The position numbers and the translations under genes were made by a program. The notes under the pieces are model-generated. The model was not told the DNA's origin and did no database searches. It was given only the letters and a program-made list of their open reading frames with translations. Positions 1-13,200 of a DNA stretch of 64,000 bases are shown piece by piece. Position 1 is the stretch's first letter. Each line of letters opens with the position of its first letter. This DNA comes from Geosiphon pyriformis uo1. Taxonomy: Eukaryota > Fungi > Glomeromycota. The stretch lies in contig JAAOMT010000128.1 of NCBI GenBank assembly GCA_016748015.1, positions 193,538 to 257,537 of the forward strand. The letters run 5' to 3'.

Positions 1-1612
1 TTTCAAACTTTTTAATGACTAATGAATTCAAAATCTCTGCTTAAACAACAGTTTTGTTATTAGTAACTTTATTTAAATTCTTATTTATTACTATATTCAT
101 CTTTTAATTCTGTGATAAAGAAGTTATTAATAGCTGGCATCTAAGACTACACTAACAAATTATTGGTTTAAATGCATCCAACTTCTTAGTTAACTTATTA
201 ACTTGTTCTATAAGATTGTTAAAACTGTGTTTAAAAGCAGCAAACCTATTATTTACTTTCAAAGAAACCAATAAAGAAGGTTTAATATTTAAAAATAAAT
301 TAGCATCAAAAAAAACCAAAGATATTATACAAAAAGCAAAACCACCAATAATTTAAACCTAAGTTTTTTCACTAAATGAGACTGGTCAAACAATTGGTAC
401 CTGTTTTTTATATATATATTTGCCAAGCAAATTTTATCCTAAATATTAATTATCTTCTTAATATGATCACCCAAATTTTTACTTTCTAAACAAGTATAAA
501 AACATGACTGAATTGTTTATACTAAGCACAACAAGCCAAAAAAAGACCAGATCAATGCAAATTTTCATTTTTAAAAACTAAAATAGAGTTAATGACAGCT
601 TTTTTTAATGTTTTATTAGTAAAACAAACTACAATATATCTATTACATGTATAAAAAACTGAATTATAATCAATAAAACAAGTTTTTTTATTATATAATT
701 CTAACAAATCAAAAAAATAATAAGCAGTAGTACCAATTAGCAAAATATATAATAAAGCCTAATGTAAATCCCTAAATATCCATATTTGTTTGTCATTAAT
801 AGTCTTAGTTATACAAATAAAAACTTTTTCTATAAGCACAAATCATTAAAAAATGACCAAATTTGCAACTTTTAATAATTCAAATTCCACTAAAATTTTT
901 TGCCAAAAACCAATAAATTACAATCTAATTGATGTAATTTTACTAAATTTAGAAAAAACTAATTCTACAGCCAATTTAAAAAGATTAACTGGAATTTTTT
1001 TGACTATTACTTTTCGATCTATATGTTTGTTTGCCATTTTTATATCATTATTAACTAAAATTTTTTTACTGATTGTCAACTTCTTAGTCTTTTTTAAACT
1101 AAGCTTAGATGTAAAAGATAATCTAATTATTTCAAGAAACCTTGAGAGAATTAATGTTCTCCTAAAACTATTAACACAATAAAAAATTTTTTTTATTACT
1201 AATAATTTATTATCAGAAGATTTTTTGAACACAGCAGAAAGTTTAATATTCAATATAAATAACTTTGTCAAATTAAAACTTTGTTTTTCTAAAATATGTA
1301 ACTTAATTAATAAGAGTTGTTTAGAACTATTAAACTTAAGTAATAGAAATATTAAAATGTTTTTACCATTGTTTAAATCCACAAATAAAAAATTTTTTAG
1401 TGGTTAATCCAATATATATATTTGAATAAAAGTTTTTTATAGTATAATATTGTCCATATTATTATTGACTACCAAAGTATCTGAATCTGTATAGTTAGTT
1501 TTTTCAACAACTATGTTTTTCATATTTTTTATGTTTAATAAACTACTAATATTACTGGCTTTATTGCTAATTTTACTATTTTAGGATACTACAGACTTTT
1601 TGTTAAAAACAC
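1..1612 (-). mobile_element. Decayed LINE (non-LTR retrotransposon), ORF1 region; continues beyond window start
   Basis: Minus-strand remnants (VIVKKIPVNLFKLAVELVFSKF, KKIFYCVNSF..ILSRFLEIIRLSFTSKLSLKK) parallel ORF1 of the LINE at 39710-41605 (VVIKEIPMD, RKLFSKINGFGGTTISSKFERII). Many stops. Confidence 0.75.
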
Positions 1613-2450
1613 TGTTACTCATAGAACATAGGAAGTATATTAGCATATAAATTAGCCAATCAGAAATAGCTATAGTAAATATGGAATTCCAGAATTTCTC
1701 TCAAGAGGAATTGCAGAATTCCAGAAATTTCAGGATTCTTGCACAAAAAATTACAGGATTCCAGAATTCCAGAATTCCAGGATTCTACTAAAAAGGAATT
1801 GCAGAATTCCAGGATTCCTGGTGTGAAAAATTAAGGAATTAAGAAATCTCAATTATGTATATATAGCAGTAGTGTTAGAAGTAAAAAAGACAGATCTCTC
1901 AGTTTAGATTTGATTTAAGCAATCTTCCATTCACAAATATTAATAAATATTTATTCTTTATCTCCAATTCACTTTCTACTATCAACATGAAGTGTTGATA
2001 GTAATTGATACTTAACTACACTGGAACAATAGCTCTTAATCATGGCTATTGATGGAATACTAACTTGCAATTGCTTTTGTTTATTTTTTTTTATTTTTTT
2101 TTATTTTTTTTTTATTTTTTTTGTTAACTAATTAATTAAAGATTAAAATGCTGAGTTACAGACATCATAAAGACTGGTAAAAAACCCATAAAACAAGAGT
2201 AAAACACTCATAAATTTGAGGATAGCTTATCAGGAGAATTACCAGCCACCACACTGAAAAAGAAATTCGATAGAATTGTGATTCTGGGAGACTACTGAAA
2301 CAATTATTGAATCTCTGTCCATTATACAAAGAACTTTACAATCAAACCTTCAGATACAAACAACCTCCAGATTACCAACACTATTATCAATTGAGTACCA
2401 AGTTATGGGTTTGTTATTTAATTTAAGATCCCAAATAATTATCTATAACA
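1613..2450 (+). repeat. 5' LTR of Gypsy A (838 bp)
   Basis: TGTTACTC...TATAACA; direct repeat of 21564-22402; contains CCAAT, a GGAATTCCAG array and TATATATAG. Confidence 0.95.
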
Positions 2451-2452
2451 TT

Positions 2453-2468
2453 TGGTGCTCCCTGTGAG
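2453..2468 (+). promoter_or_regulatory. Primer-binding site of A
   Basis: TGGTGCTCCCTGTGAG begins 2 nt after the LTR and is complementary to a tRNA CCA end. Confidence 0.9.
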
Positions 2469-5400
2469 ATATAATCCTACAGAGAACTAGCACCATTAAC
2501 AATCATCCAAAAGTAGCAGAATCAGAAATCATAGGGACAAACTATCTAGAATTTGCCAAATCCTTATTTCAACACACCAGCTTATCAAAAAATCACAGTT
2601 TTATACCAATTATTAGAAAAATTAATTAAATCATTAAAAGATATACACAACAACAATTCCCAATCATCTATGCAAACAAAAAAAAGAGAAGACTACAAAC
2701 ATTAACAGTAACACTAAAAGGAATCCAACCACCTACTTGGAAGAAAACTAAAGTTGAATTGCCAACAAATCCATCTTATTATTATACACCCAAAAGCACC
2801 ATTAACATCTCATTAACAGGCGCATTCACATCAAATGTGACATCAATATTTGGATGACTTCTATTTTAAAATAAACAAAAGAAAACAGAATTACTAGGAA
2901 CCTACAGTGATTATTTTAAAGAATTTAAATTATGATCACTAATGCCATCAGAATTTTGATTACTGCCACCTCAACCAGATTTCAGAAACACAAGTTCCTG
3001 GAAGATAATGGAATTAGAAGAGGAGGAAGAAGAAGAAGCCAAAGATCAAAAAGTTACTTACCAGAACCCAATTCCAAAAAATCTGAACATTAAAACCCCG
3101 AATTTTCAAACTTAGCAAGATCCAAATTTAGAAAATTTGGAAATCAAAACTCTGAATTTTCAAACTCAGCAAAATCAGAATGATCAAAACTCTGACATTA
3201 ATAATCAACAAAACTTATTTCCAGTAATCATCATCAACCCACTACCAGTTACTCCACAACAACAGTCATTGTCACAACCACAAATTTAATTATCACTTCA
3301 ACCACCACAGCAACTAAACTTGAATCAAATGGCTTATGCTCTAATAGCAAAATTCAAAAAGTTTACTAAGAAAGAGGACAATGTTCAAGTATGGCTGAAT
3401 AATGTAGAAAAAGCCATCACAGCCAATAGATGAGATGATGTCAGAGTCATGTAAGCCATTCCCTATTTTTTCTAGGATACTGCCAATTTATGGTACTAAA
3501 GCTTGGTTAACAAACCCCAAGATTTCAATACATTCAAGCTTGTATTCCTACAATATTTCAGTAATAATAATAGCATCAACTGATTGGTAAACACTTTTAC
3601 TACCATTAAGTAAGAAGAAAATAAAGCAGTTACTACTTACTTAGGACACTTCCACAGAAATCTGTATTAAATCCAGACCATACAGACTGATTATTTTACA
3701 GTGCCACAAATCTTAAATCAATTCATTAGAGGCCTGTACAATAGCATCCTCCAATGTGTATGTCCAATATATTCCACAGATCTTTAAGCCATTGTTATAA
3801 ATACCAGAAATTTTGAAGCAGCTGAACTTGAAGCCAATCATGCCCAAGCCATTAACTTAGTAATGAATGGATCATCTGAATTGGATTCCAAATTAAAACA
3901 ATTTAGTGATTCCATCAATCAGAAATTAGAAAAATACTTAGTTGACAATCACACAATTTATCAACCACTACAATAATACAATAATTCAGGAAACATAAAT
4001 TGTTTCCAAAATTAGTCACGTCTATCATTCTCAACCAATCAACAGTGGCAACAAGAGACATGTGTTTGCCACTACTGTGGTAAACAAGAGCATTTGAAAA
4101 TTGATTGCAGGTTAAGAATAAAAAACCAATAATCGGGAAATCAATATCAAAACCCTGATTGCTGATTTCAAACTCTGAGATATTAACCCAACCCAGAAAT
4201 ATATCAATTGAATTATTTACCAGTGACGCAGCCACCAATTTATCAACCACCAGTATATTAAGCTCCACTCTATTAACTGGCAGCACCAGTTATTTATCAA
4301 CTGCAGCCACAAGTAATTTATCAGCCTCAATAAATTCAAATACCACCATAAAACTTACCTTAAACCGGAATACAAAGGCCAAGAATAACCCAACAAAACT
4401 AGAGATCAGTGATAATAGTCTATCAACCAATCCCCAGTTCATCCAACCAACTTTTGGAATTATGCCAGCAGAGTTCAGAAACCAGATATACCCAAAACCT
4501 GAATTCCCAAAACTATTTAAGTCTCCTGGTTACCCCAGAAGATGTCTCATCTAACAACTTGGAAACAAACCAGAAATCACTTACCAGCAACATACCACTA
4601 GCCACTATTACAGAAGACAAGTCACTTGTAGCTATATTTCTCTTTGAAATTGAAGAACTGTTAGCAACTTCTTTGTTTAGTGAAGCTGCACTCAAGGAAA
4701 AACCAATCACTATCATGTACACTGACACCAAAGTAGATGGCCATGCTATCAAACTAATCCTAAATAGTAGATCAGTTGACAGCATTATTACAAGACAGCT
4801 CATGGACCAATTAGGTTACCAAGTTAATTGAGCTGCCAGTACAAGGATAATTACCACTGATGGAGCCATCAAGACTTCAATTGGTAAAATAGATGTCCTA
4901 TCTATTAAAGTCAATAGTATTATTATACTGATCAAAGTATTAGTCATGGAAGCCACTTAGTACCAAGTATTCATTGGCAATGACTGACTGTTCAAAACCA
5001 ATGTGATGCTCAATTGGAACACCCAAGAGCTTCAGCTTAGTCAAAATAGTTAACACATATGTGTACCAGCCACATGTGACCACTTCAAGCCAATTATTAT
5101 GCCATCAGCACCACTTATCAAGTTCAAAAAAGAAGAAAGAAAACCTACCTGAGAAGCCTACCAAGTTTTCTGGGCTGACACAGAACACAATAAACTGCCA
5201 CCAATACTATTATGGGATGACAAAAAAAAGGAAAGAAGAGAAAAAGAACTTACCAAGAAAGTCAACCAAAGTTATTAGGATAGTAGTAACCAAAACAAAC
5301 AGTTACTGATTTAGACTTGGGAAGAGAAGGAAAAAGGGAAAGAGGAAGAACCAGAACCAGCCACTACCTCAACATATACTCCATATACTTACTCTCAACC

Positions 5401-6412
5401 ATTACAATTACATTATCATTGACCAAAGCCTATATTCGTTGATTGTAACAAGAAATTGTCATCAATGGGCACATGCTGTAGAAACAATGAGAAATACCTA
5501 ATGGCAACTAAATTTTATTGCTGCCCATGCATCATTGAATGCTTCGGAAAACCAAAACAAATTGAAAAATGAGATAACAAACTATGCTTGGCTTGTGGAG
5601 AGATTTTTCTCAATAAAGAAATATGGAATAACATTTCTGGACGAAAAAGAACATGTGACAAATCATGTCAGTACATGATTCTCATAAGTGACTGGGTAAA
5701 AAAGAGAACACCCATAGATGCTGCCTAGAGATGAGCAGTTAAACATCTGGACAGCTGTCCACATGATGATAACAAAATTTGGTGAATGGCCCTTGTCAAA
5801 ATTGAAAAAGTGTTACCAAAAAAAATAAGAACAATTAAAAATAACCTACCTGAACCCATAAAACTTGACTGGGACCCAGAACCAGTCATAAATCTTTTGG
5901 ACCCAAAACAATTCCATGAACACTACCAAGGACTAGTGCCTACAAGGGAAGAGCAAGAGCAATGCTTAGAACAGCTAAACACTCAACTGTGTCAATATTG
6001 TCTAATTCCATGTGATTTTCAATATTGTAATGAATGTGACCTCATTTACAATTCACCAATTCACATAATTTACACAATCCCAAAGGAGAAAGAACCAATC
6101 AGCAGCTGTGCATTAGAATTGGAATCAAATTTTAATTCAGATTTAAACTCTGACAACAATAATGATAAAAACAACAGTTCCAGCTTTGTTCCATATAATA
6201 ATAACAATGACAACAATTTAAACTTAGATTCAAACTCTAATTTAAATCATGAACAATATATTGCACTCCCCAATCTCACCAAGGAGCAAGAACTAAAATG
6301 GTTTAGCAACAATAATGAAGGTATTATGTCAGAACATGTGCATAATACTGATGTAGGGTTTGATCTAAGATATCCAAGAAAAAATTCCATCAAATTAGAA
6401 CCTTATTTGCAC

Positions 6413-7209
6413 TGTTACTTATAGAAATATAGGGAATTTATATTAGCATAATTATTAACCAATCAGAAATAGACATAGTAAAATGTGGAATTCCAGGATT
6501 CCTCTTAGGAATTGCAGAATTCCAGGAATTACAAGATTCTTACAAAGAATTGCAGGATTCCTGTTGTGAAGAATTGAAAAATTAAGGAATCTCAATTATG
6601 TATATATAGCAGTAGGATTAGAAGCTAAAAAGACAGACCTTCCAGTTTAGATTTTATCTAGACAATCTTCCAAACACAATAAATAACTATTTGGTATCTC
6701 AAATCTAATTCCACTATCGATACTTCATGTTGATAGGAATTAATACTTAACCATACTGGAACAATAGCTCTTGATTACAGCTATTGATGGAATACTAACT
6801 TGCAAATTGCCTTGGCTTATTTTTTTTTTTCTTTATTTTCTTTTATTTCTTTTATTTATTTTATTTTGATTCTATTGTTGTGTACTAATTGGTTGAATAA
6901 AGCACTAGATTACTGATGTCAAGGATTGCCTGGTAAAAGACTCCTGCAAGAGGGTAGGACATGTACAGAAGTTATGGAATACTTACCAGAGGATTGTTGG
7001 CCATCACACCAAGAGAAGAATTGACAGAATTGTGATTCTGGAAAGCTACAGATAAAACAACTATTAAATCTCTATTCACTATACAAAGAACTCAAACCAA
7101 AACCTTCAGATACAAAATCTTCAGATTAATAACATCAACACGAATAACTTTTAGCACCAAGTTACAGGTTTGTTATTTGATTCAACACCCCAAATAATCA
7201 CTTATAACA
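6413..7209 (+). repeat. 5' LTR of B (797 bp)
   Basis: TGTTACTT...TATAACA followed by the PBS. Confidence 0.95.
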
Positions 7210-7268
7210 TTTGGTGCTCCCTGTGAAATATAAGCCTACAGAGAACCAGCACCAACACAAATCTAAAA

Positions 7269-10200
7269 GTGGCAGAATCAGAAAACATAGGAGCAAACCA
7301 TCTAGGCTTCGCGAAATCTTTATTTCAACACTACTGTCAACATTTGGAATTAAATCACAACCACATATTAGTGGAATCAGCTTTCAATTTCTATGTCAAT
7401 GAAAAAATTGCCCATCTGTTAGGAACACCAATAAATATCGAATCGGCAAGAAAAGCCTTTTACAATAAATTAATTCAAAATACCAACCTGTCAACAAATT
7501 ACAATTTCACCTCTATCATCATGGAAATCAACAAAGAAATTGAACACCACACACAGCAAAGATACCTCATTACTTACATGAGCAAAGGCAAAGAAAAACT
7601 GCAAACACCAGCAGTAACACCCAAAAAAATACAACCACCTACTTGAAAGAAAACAAGAGTTGAGTCCCCAACTAATCCATCATACCACTATACACCTGGA
7701 AGTACCATTAATATTACATCTACTGGCATGGCCACATCAAACACAACATTAGCATTTGAATGATTCCCATTTCAAAGTAAACAAAAAAAAGCAAAGTTAT
7801 TAGGACCATACAACATGTATTTTGAAGGATTTAATTTGCGATCATCAATGCCATCAGGACTTCAATCACCATTGCCTCCCCCAGATTTCGGAATTTCTGA
7901 TCCATGGAAAGTAACGGAATCAGAAAAAGAGGAAGAAGAAGAAGCTGAAGATCAAGAATTCACTTACCAGAACCTAATCACTGAAAACCCAGAATTTGAA
8001 ACTCTGAATCTTCAAACCCAGCAAAATCTAAACTGAGAAAATCCAGAAATTGAAACTCCAAATATTTAGACACTACCAACTCAGAATAATCAAAACCCTG
8101 ATTTAATAAATCAACAAAACTTACCTCCAGTAATTGTTATTAATTAACCACCAATTAATTTAATAGCTGAACCCATACAACTGCCACTTCAACTACCATC
8201 CCAACAACCCATGCAACAACAACCACTTCAACTTCCACCACCACAGCAATAACAAATGGCTTACACACCTATTGCAAAACTCAACAAATTCAATGATGAA
8301 GAAAACGATGCCCAAGTCTGGTTAAATAACATAGCCAAAGCCATTACAGCCAATAATTGGGATAATGCTAGAGTGATGCAAGCAATTCCTTACTTTCTCC
8401 AGGATACTGCTGATACATGGTATCAAAGTCTCACTGTCAAACCCCAAAATTTTAATGAATTCAAAACTGAATTCTTGCAGTACTTTAGCAACAATAATAG
8501 TATCAACAAATTAACCAACACCTTTACAATGATCAGACAAGGAGACACTGAAGCAGTCACTATCTACTTGAGACACTTTCATAGAAATCTACACCAAATA
8601 CAAGCCATCCAAGCCGATTATTTCACAGTGCCACAGATTTTAAATCAATTTATTAGAAGATTGTGTAGTAGCATTTTACAACAAGTACGTTCAATGCACC
8701 CAGTGGACTTTCTAACTGCAGTCACATATGCCAGAGATTTTGAAGCAGCTAAACTAGAAGTTAATCATACTCAAGCTGTGAATCTAGCAATGAATGGATT
8801 ATCTGAATTGGATTCCAAATTGAAGCAATTCAGTGATTCAATTAATCAGAAATTAGAGGGATACTTAGCTGACAATTGCATAATTTATTAACCTCCTCAA
8901 TGACATAACAATCAGGGAAATGTGAATTATTTCCAAAATCAGTCATGTTCATCGTCATCATCCAATTAGTCATGGCAGCCAAAGATGTGTGTCTGTCACA
9001 ACTGTAATAAACAAGAGCACATCAAAGCCAACTGCCATACTTATAGCAATTCATGATCGGAAAATCAATATAGAAACCCAATCACTAGTTCTAGACTCCA
9101 AACTATCACCCGAATCAAGACCAATACCAACCCACTTACTTGCCTATGACGCATCAACCAATTTATCAACCACCAGTTTATCAAATTTCAGTTTATTAAC
9201 TGCCACCACAAGCAATTTATCAGACACAGCCACAAGTAATATATCAACCACAGTTACCAGCAATCTATTAAACACTCACTATTCAAATACCACCAGCAAA
9301 CCCAGCTCAAATGACATCAAAAAACCCAAAATTGAGGATCATCCAAAACTGGAGATTGATAATAGTTGTACATCAACCAATCTCCAGCTCTTCCCACCAA
9401 CAATTAGGATCTTGTCAGGGGAATTCGGGCACTGGTCTCACCCAAAACCCAAATTCTCAACACTATTTAAGCCTTCTGGTGACTTCAGAAGATGCCACAT
9501 CCAGCAATCAGGGAATCGAACAACAACAACAACCACCTACCAATAATATCTCATCTGCTACAATCATTGAAAATAAATCTTTGGATGCCATCTTTCTATT
9601 CAAACTTGGGGAACCATTAGATATGCCATTATTCAGTAAAGCAATACTTGAAAAGAAACTGATCACAGCCATGTATACTGACGCCAAGATTGATGGCCAC
9701 TCCATCAAATTAATCTTTGACAGTGGTTCAGCAGGCAGCATTATCACCTGACAACTCATGGATCAATTAGGCCACCAAGTTGATCGTACTGCCAGCGCCA
9801 GGATTATCACTGTGGATGGAGCCACCAAAACCCCAATTGGTGAAATCAATGACTTCCCAATTGAAGTCAATGGCATCATAGTACCCATCAAAGTTCTGAT
9901 AATGGAAACCACCCAATACCAAGCGTTAGTTGGTAATGACTGGCTATTCAAAACCAATGCCATGCTTGATTGGATGACTCAAGAACTAATACTCAGCCAG
10001 AATGGTCAACACATGCGAGTACCAGCAATGTGTGATTACTTCAAAGCTATCAATACCACAGCACCACTAATTGATCTCAAAGAAAAAAAACCAAAATCTA
10101 CCTGGGAAGTGTATCAAATCTTGTGGGCCAATGAAGAACACAACAAGCTGCCGCCAATACTCTCATGTGACGACAATGGCAAAGGAAAACAGAAGAGAAT

Positions 10201-13200
10201 AAAACCTACCTGAAATGCAGACCAAGCCTGGAACACCAACCATGACTTAAAAGAACCACCAATTTGGGAATGGGATAAGAGAAAAAAAGGAAAAGAAAAA
10301 GCGAAGAAAGAGGAGCCACTACCAACTGCCAGTTACACCTCTTATACATACACACCACTACAATTATCGAGCTATCATTAACCAAAACTGATATGTGTCA
10401 ATTGTAATAAGAAATTGTTGTCAATGGGTGCATGTTGTGGCGACAATGAAGAATATGCAACAGCAACCCGATTCTACTACCACACATGCATCATAGAATG
10501 CTTTGGAAGACCAAACCAAGTGGGGAAATGGGACAATACACCATGTTTAGCTTGTGGGGAGACACTCTTGGACAAAGGAATGTGGAACAACATTCCTGGT
10601 CAAGGAGGAACATGCAACACTTTGTGTCAGTACACAATCCTCATCAGCTATTGGATTAAGAAAGAGACACCCATAGAAGCCGTCTGAAGAAGAGCAGTAT
10701 GATGATTGGATATTTGTCTACACGATGATGATAAAATCTGGAGAATGGCCTTTGCCAAAATTCAAGGAGCATTATCCAAAGAAATCAAAGAAGTCAAGAA
10801 CAATCTGCCAGAACTTTTAGAACTCAATTGGGACAAAGAACTGGTCATAAATCTCCTGGAACCAAAAGAGTTTCATGAACATTATCAAACTTTGGCACCT
10901 ACAAAAGAAAAACAAAAGCAATATTTGGCCCAAATAAATACCAGACTATGTGACCACTGTTTGATCTCATGTGATTTTCAATATTGTAATGAGTGTGACC
11001 TCATTTACAATCCACCACCACGCATGATCTACACAATCCCAGAGGAAGAAGAACCAATCAGCAGCTGTGTATCAGAATCAAAATTAATTTTCAATCCCGA
11101 TTCCAACTCCAACAACAAAGATAACAAAAACACCAATTCCAGCTCCATGCAATATGGCAACAAGAATATCAACAATTCAGACTCCGACTTGAACCCCAAA
11201 ATATACATAGCACTTCCTGATCTCTCTAAAGAGCAAGAACTCAAATGGTATAGTGACAATAATAAGGATATCATGCCAGAACGTGCATATGATACTGACA
11301 CAGGATTTAATCTGAGATATCCTGGAAAAGACGCCATCAAATTAGAACCACATTCATGCACCTGCATTGATCTGAAAATAGCACTGGAAATTCTAGCAAC
11401 AACCATGGTTCAATTAGCATCTAGGAATAGTTTAGTGAAAAAAAGGATTAATATAAGAGGAAAAATAATTGACACAGGATATGTAGAAAATATCATTGCC
11501 ATGCTACAAAATGACTCTGAAAAGGCCTATATTATAGAGCCAAACGAGAAGATAGCACAGACAATATTTCTGCCTCTGGTTAAAATAACTCAGTTAGCTT
11601 CAATGGGAAATAGAAAAAAATTAGGGATAACTATGAAAGGAATACAGAGATTCAAATTCATGAATAAAATAAACATACCAGTCAATATGGCAAAGGAAGA
11701 AATTATTGGCCAAGGAGAAATTATCTCAACGGGTCAAGCAATTTCTATTTCACCATATGACCAGTACATGTTAGCAATAAAAAGAAAGGTGAAGGATCAG
11801 ACACAAATTTTTGAAGTGGAAACAAGCCTTTATAAAACAAGAAAAGTTGGATTTATCAATCTACACATACCAGCCAAGAACCACAACCATATCAAAATTT
11901 CCATCTACAACAATACGGAAAATATTGTGGAGATACTGAAAGGAACCACTCTCAGATATTTAACCACTGAAATTGAGAATCAACCACCAAGCACCATTTC
12001 AGACTTTCCACAATTGTGTGAATATGTAGATATTACATCACAAACAATCTATGGACAGAACAAATGTTATTTGTTACAACTAGAGCAGCTAGAGCAAATA
12101 AACATAGGAAATCTAGATCTACTTCAACAGATACAACTAAAGATGTTACTCAACAATTTTAATGACATCTTTGCCAGTGAAAATGAATTTGGCAGAACTG
12201 ATATCATCCAACACCAGATCAAAACTGGAGATGCAATGCCAATCAAACAAAGAGCATACAGAGTACCACCAGCAAGCCATGAGATCATCCGTCAAGAGAT
12301 CAATAGAATGCTTGACAATGGGATCAATGAGCCCATAGTTATCACCAGTGATACTCGTCTGAAAAAAGAATAGAAAGATCAAATTTTGTGTAGACTACAG
12401 AAAACTCAATGGAGTCACTTGTGAAGACAGTTATCCAACTCCATGAATCTAAGAGTTATTCGATGCTTTTGGAAGAAACAAATAGTTTTTAACATTGGAC
12501 TTGGATAGTGATTACTGGCAAGTAGCCATGGATCCAGCCGACAAAGAGAAAATGGCATTCACCACAAGAGAAGGGAATTTTGAATTTGAAGTAATGCCAT
12601 TCAGCTTAACCAATGCCCCAGCAACCTTCCAATGGCTAATGGAAATTGTGTACACTGGTTTATTGTAAAAATCAGTAGTTGTGTACTTGGACAACACCAA
12701 TGTATTCTCAAAAACATTTAATGATCATCTCCATTATTTTCAACAAGTATTCGAAAGACTGTAACAAGCAGGGTTAAAGCTAAATGCTACCAAGTGCTTC
12801 TTTGGCAAAACAGAACTGAAGTTTCTGAGACATATAGTCAGCAAAGATGGTATCAAGACAGACCCAGACAAGATAGAAATAGTAAAGAACTTTCTAGTGC
12901 CAACCAATGTGACCAAACTAAAATCATTTTTGGGATTTGCAAGCTATTATTGTCACTTCATCAAAAACTTTTCTAAAATAGTTCAGCCACTCAACCATCT
13001 ACAAACCAAGAATGTGAAATATGAATAGATAGAAATACAACAAAAAGCTTTTGACATTTTAAGAGGAAAGCTCATTCAAGCATCAGTATTAATCTATTCA
13101 GGTTACAGCAAACCATTCATTATTACTATTAATGCATCAGATAAAGCATTGGGAGCAGTACTATCTCAGAGAGGACTGGATAGAAGAGAACATCCAGTAG

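Noticed and set aside
8989-9546. S/T-rich overlapping ORFs (also 4159-4554) suggesting an overprinted gene or a frameshift in B
   Set aside because: They are the shifted reading of the gag (QPIYQPP)n repeat. B's frame change matches a 1-nt deletion near 9077 relative to in-frame A.
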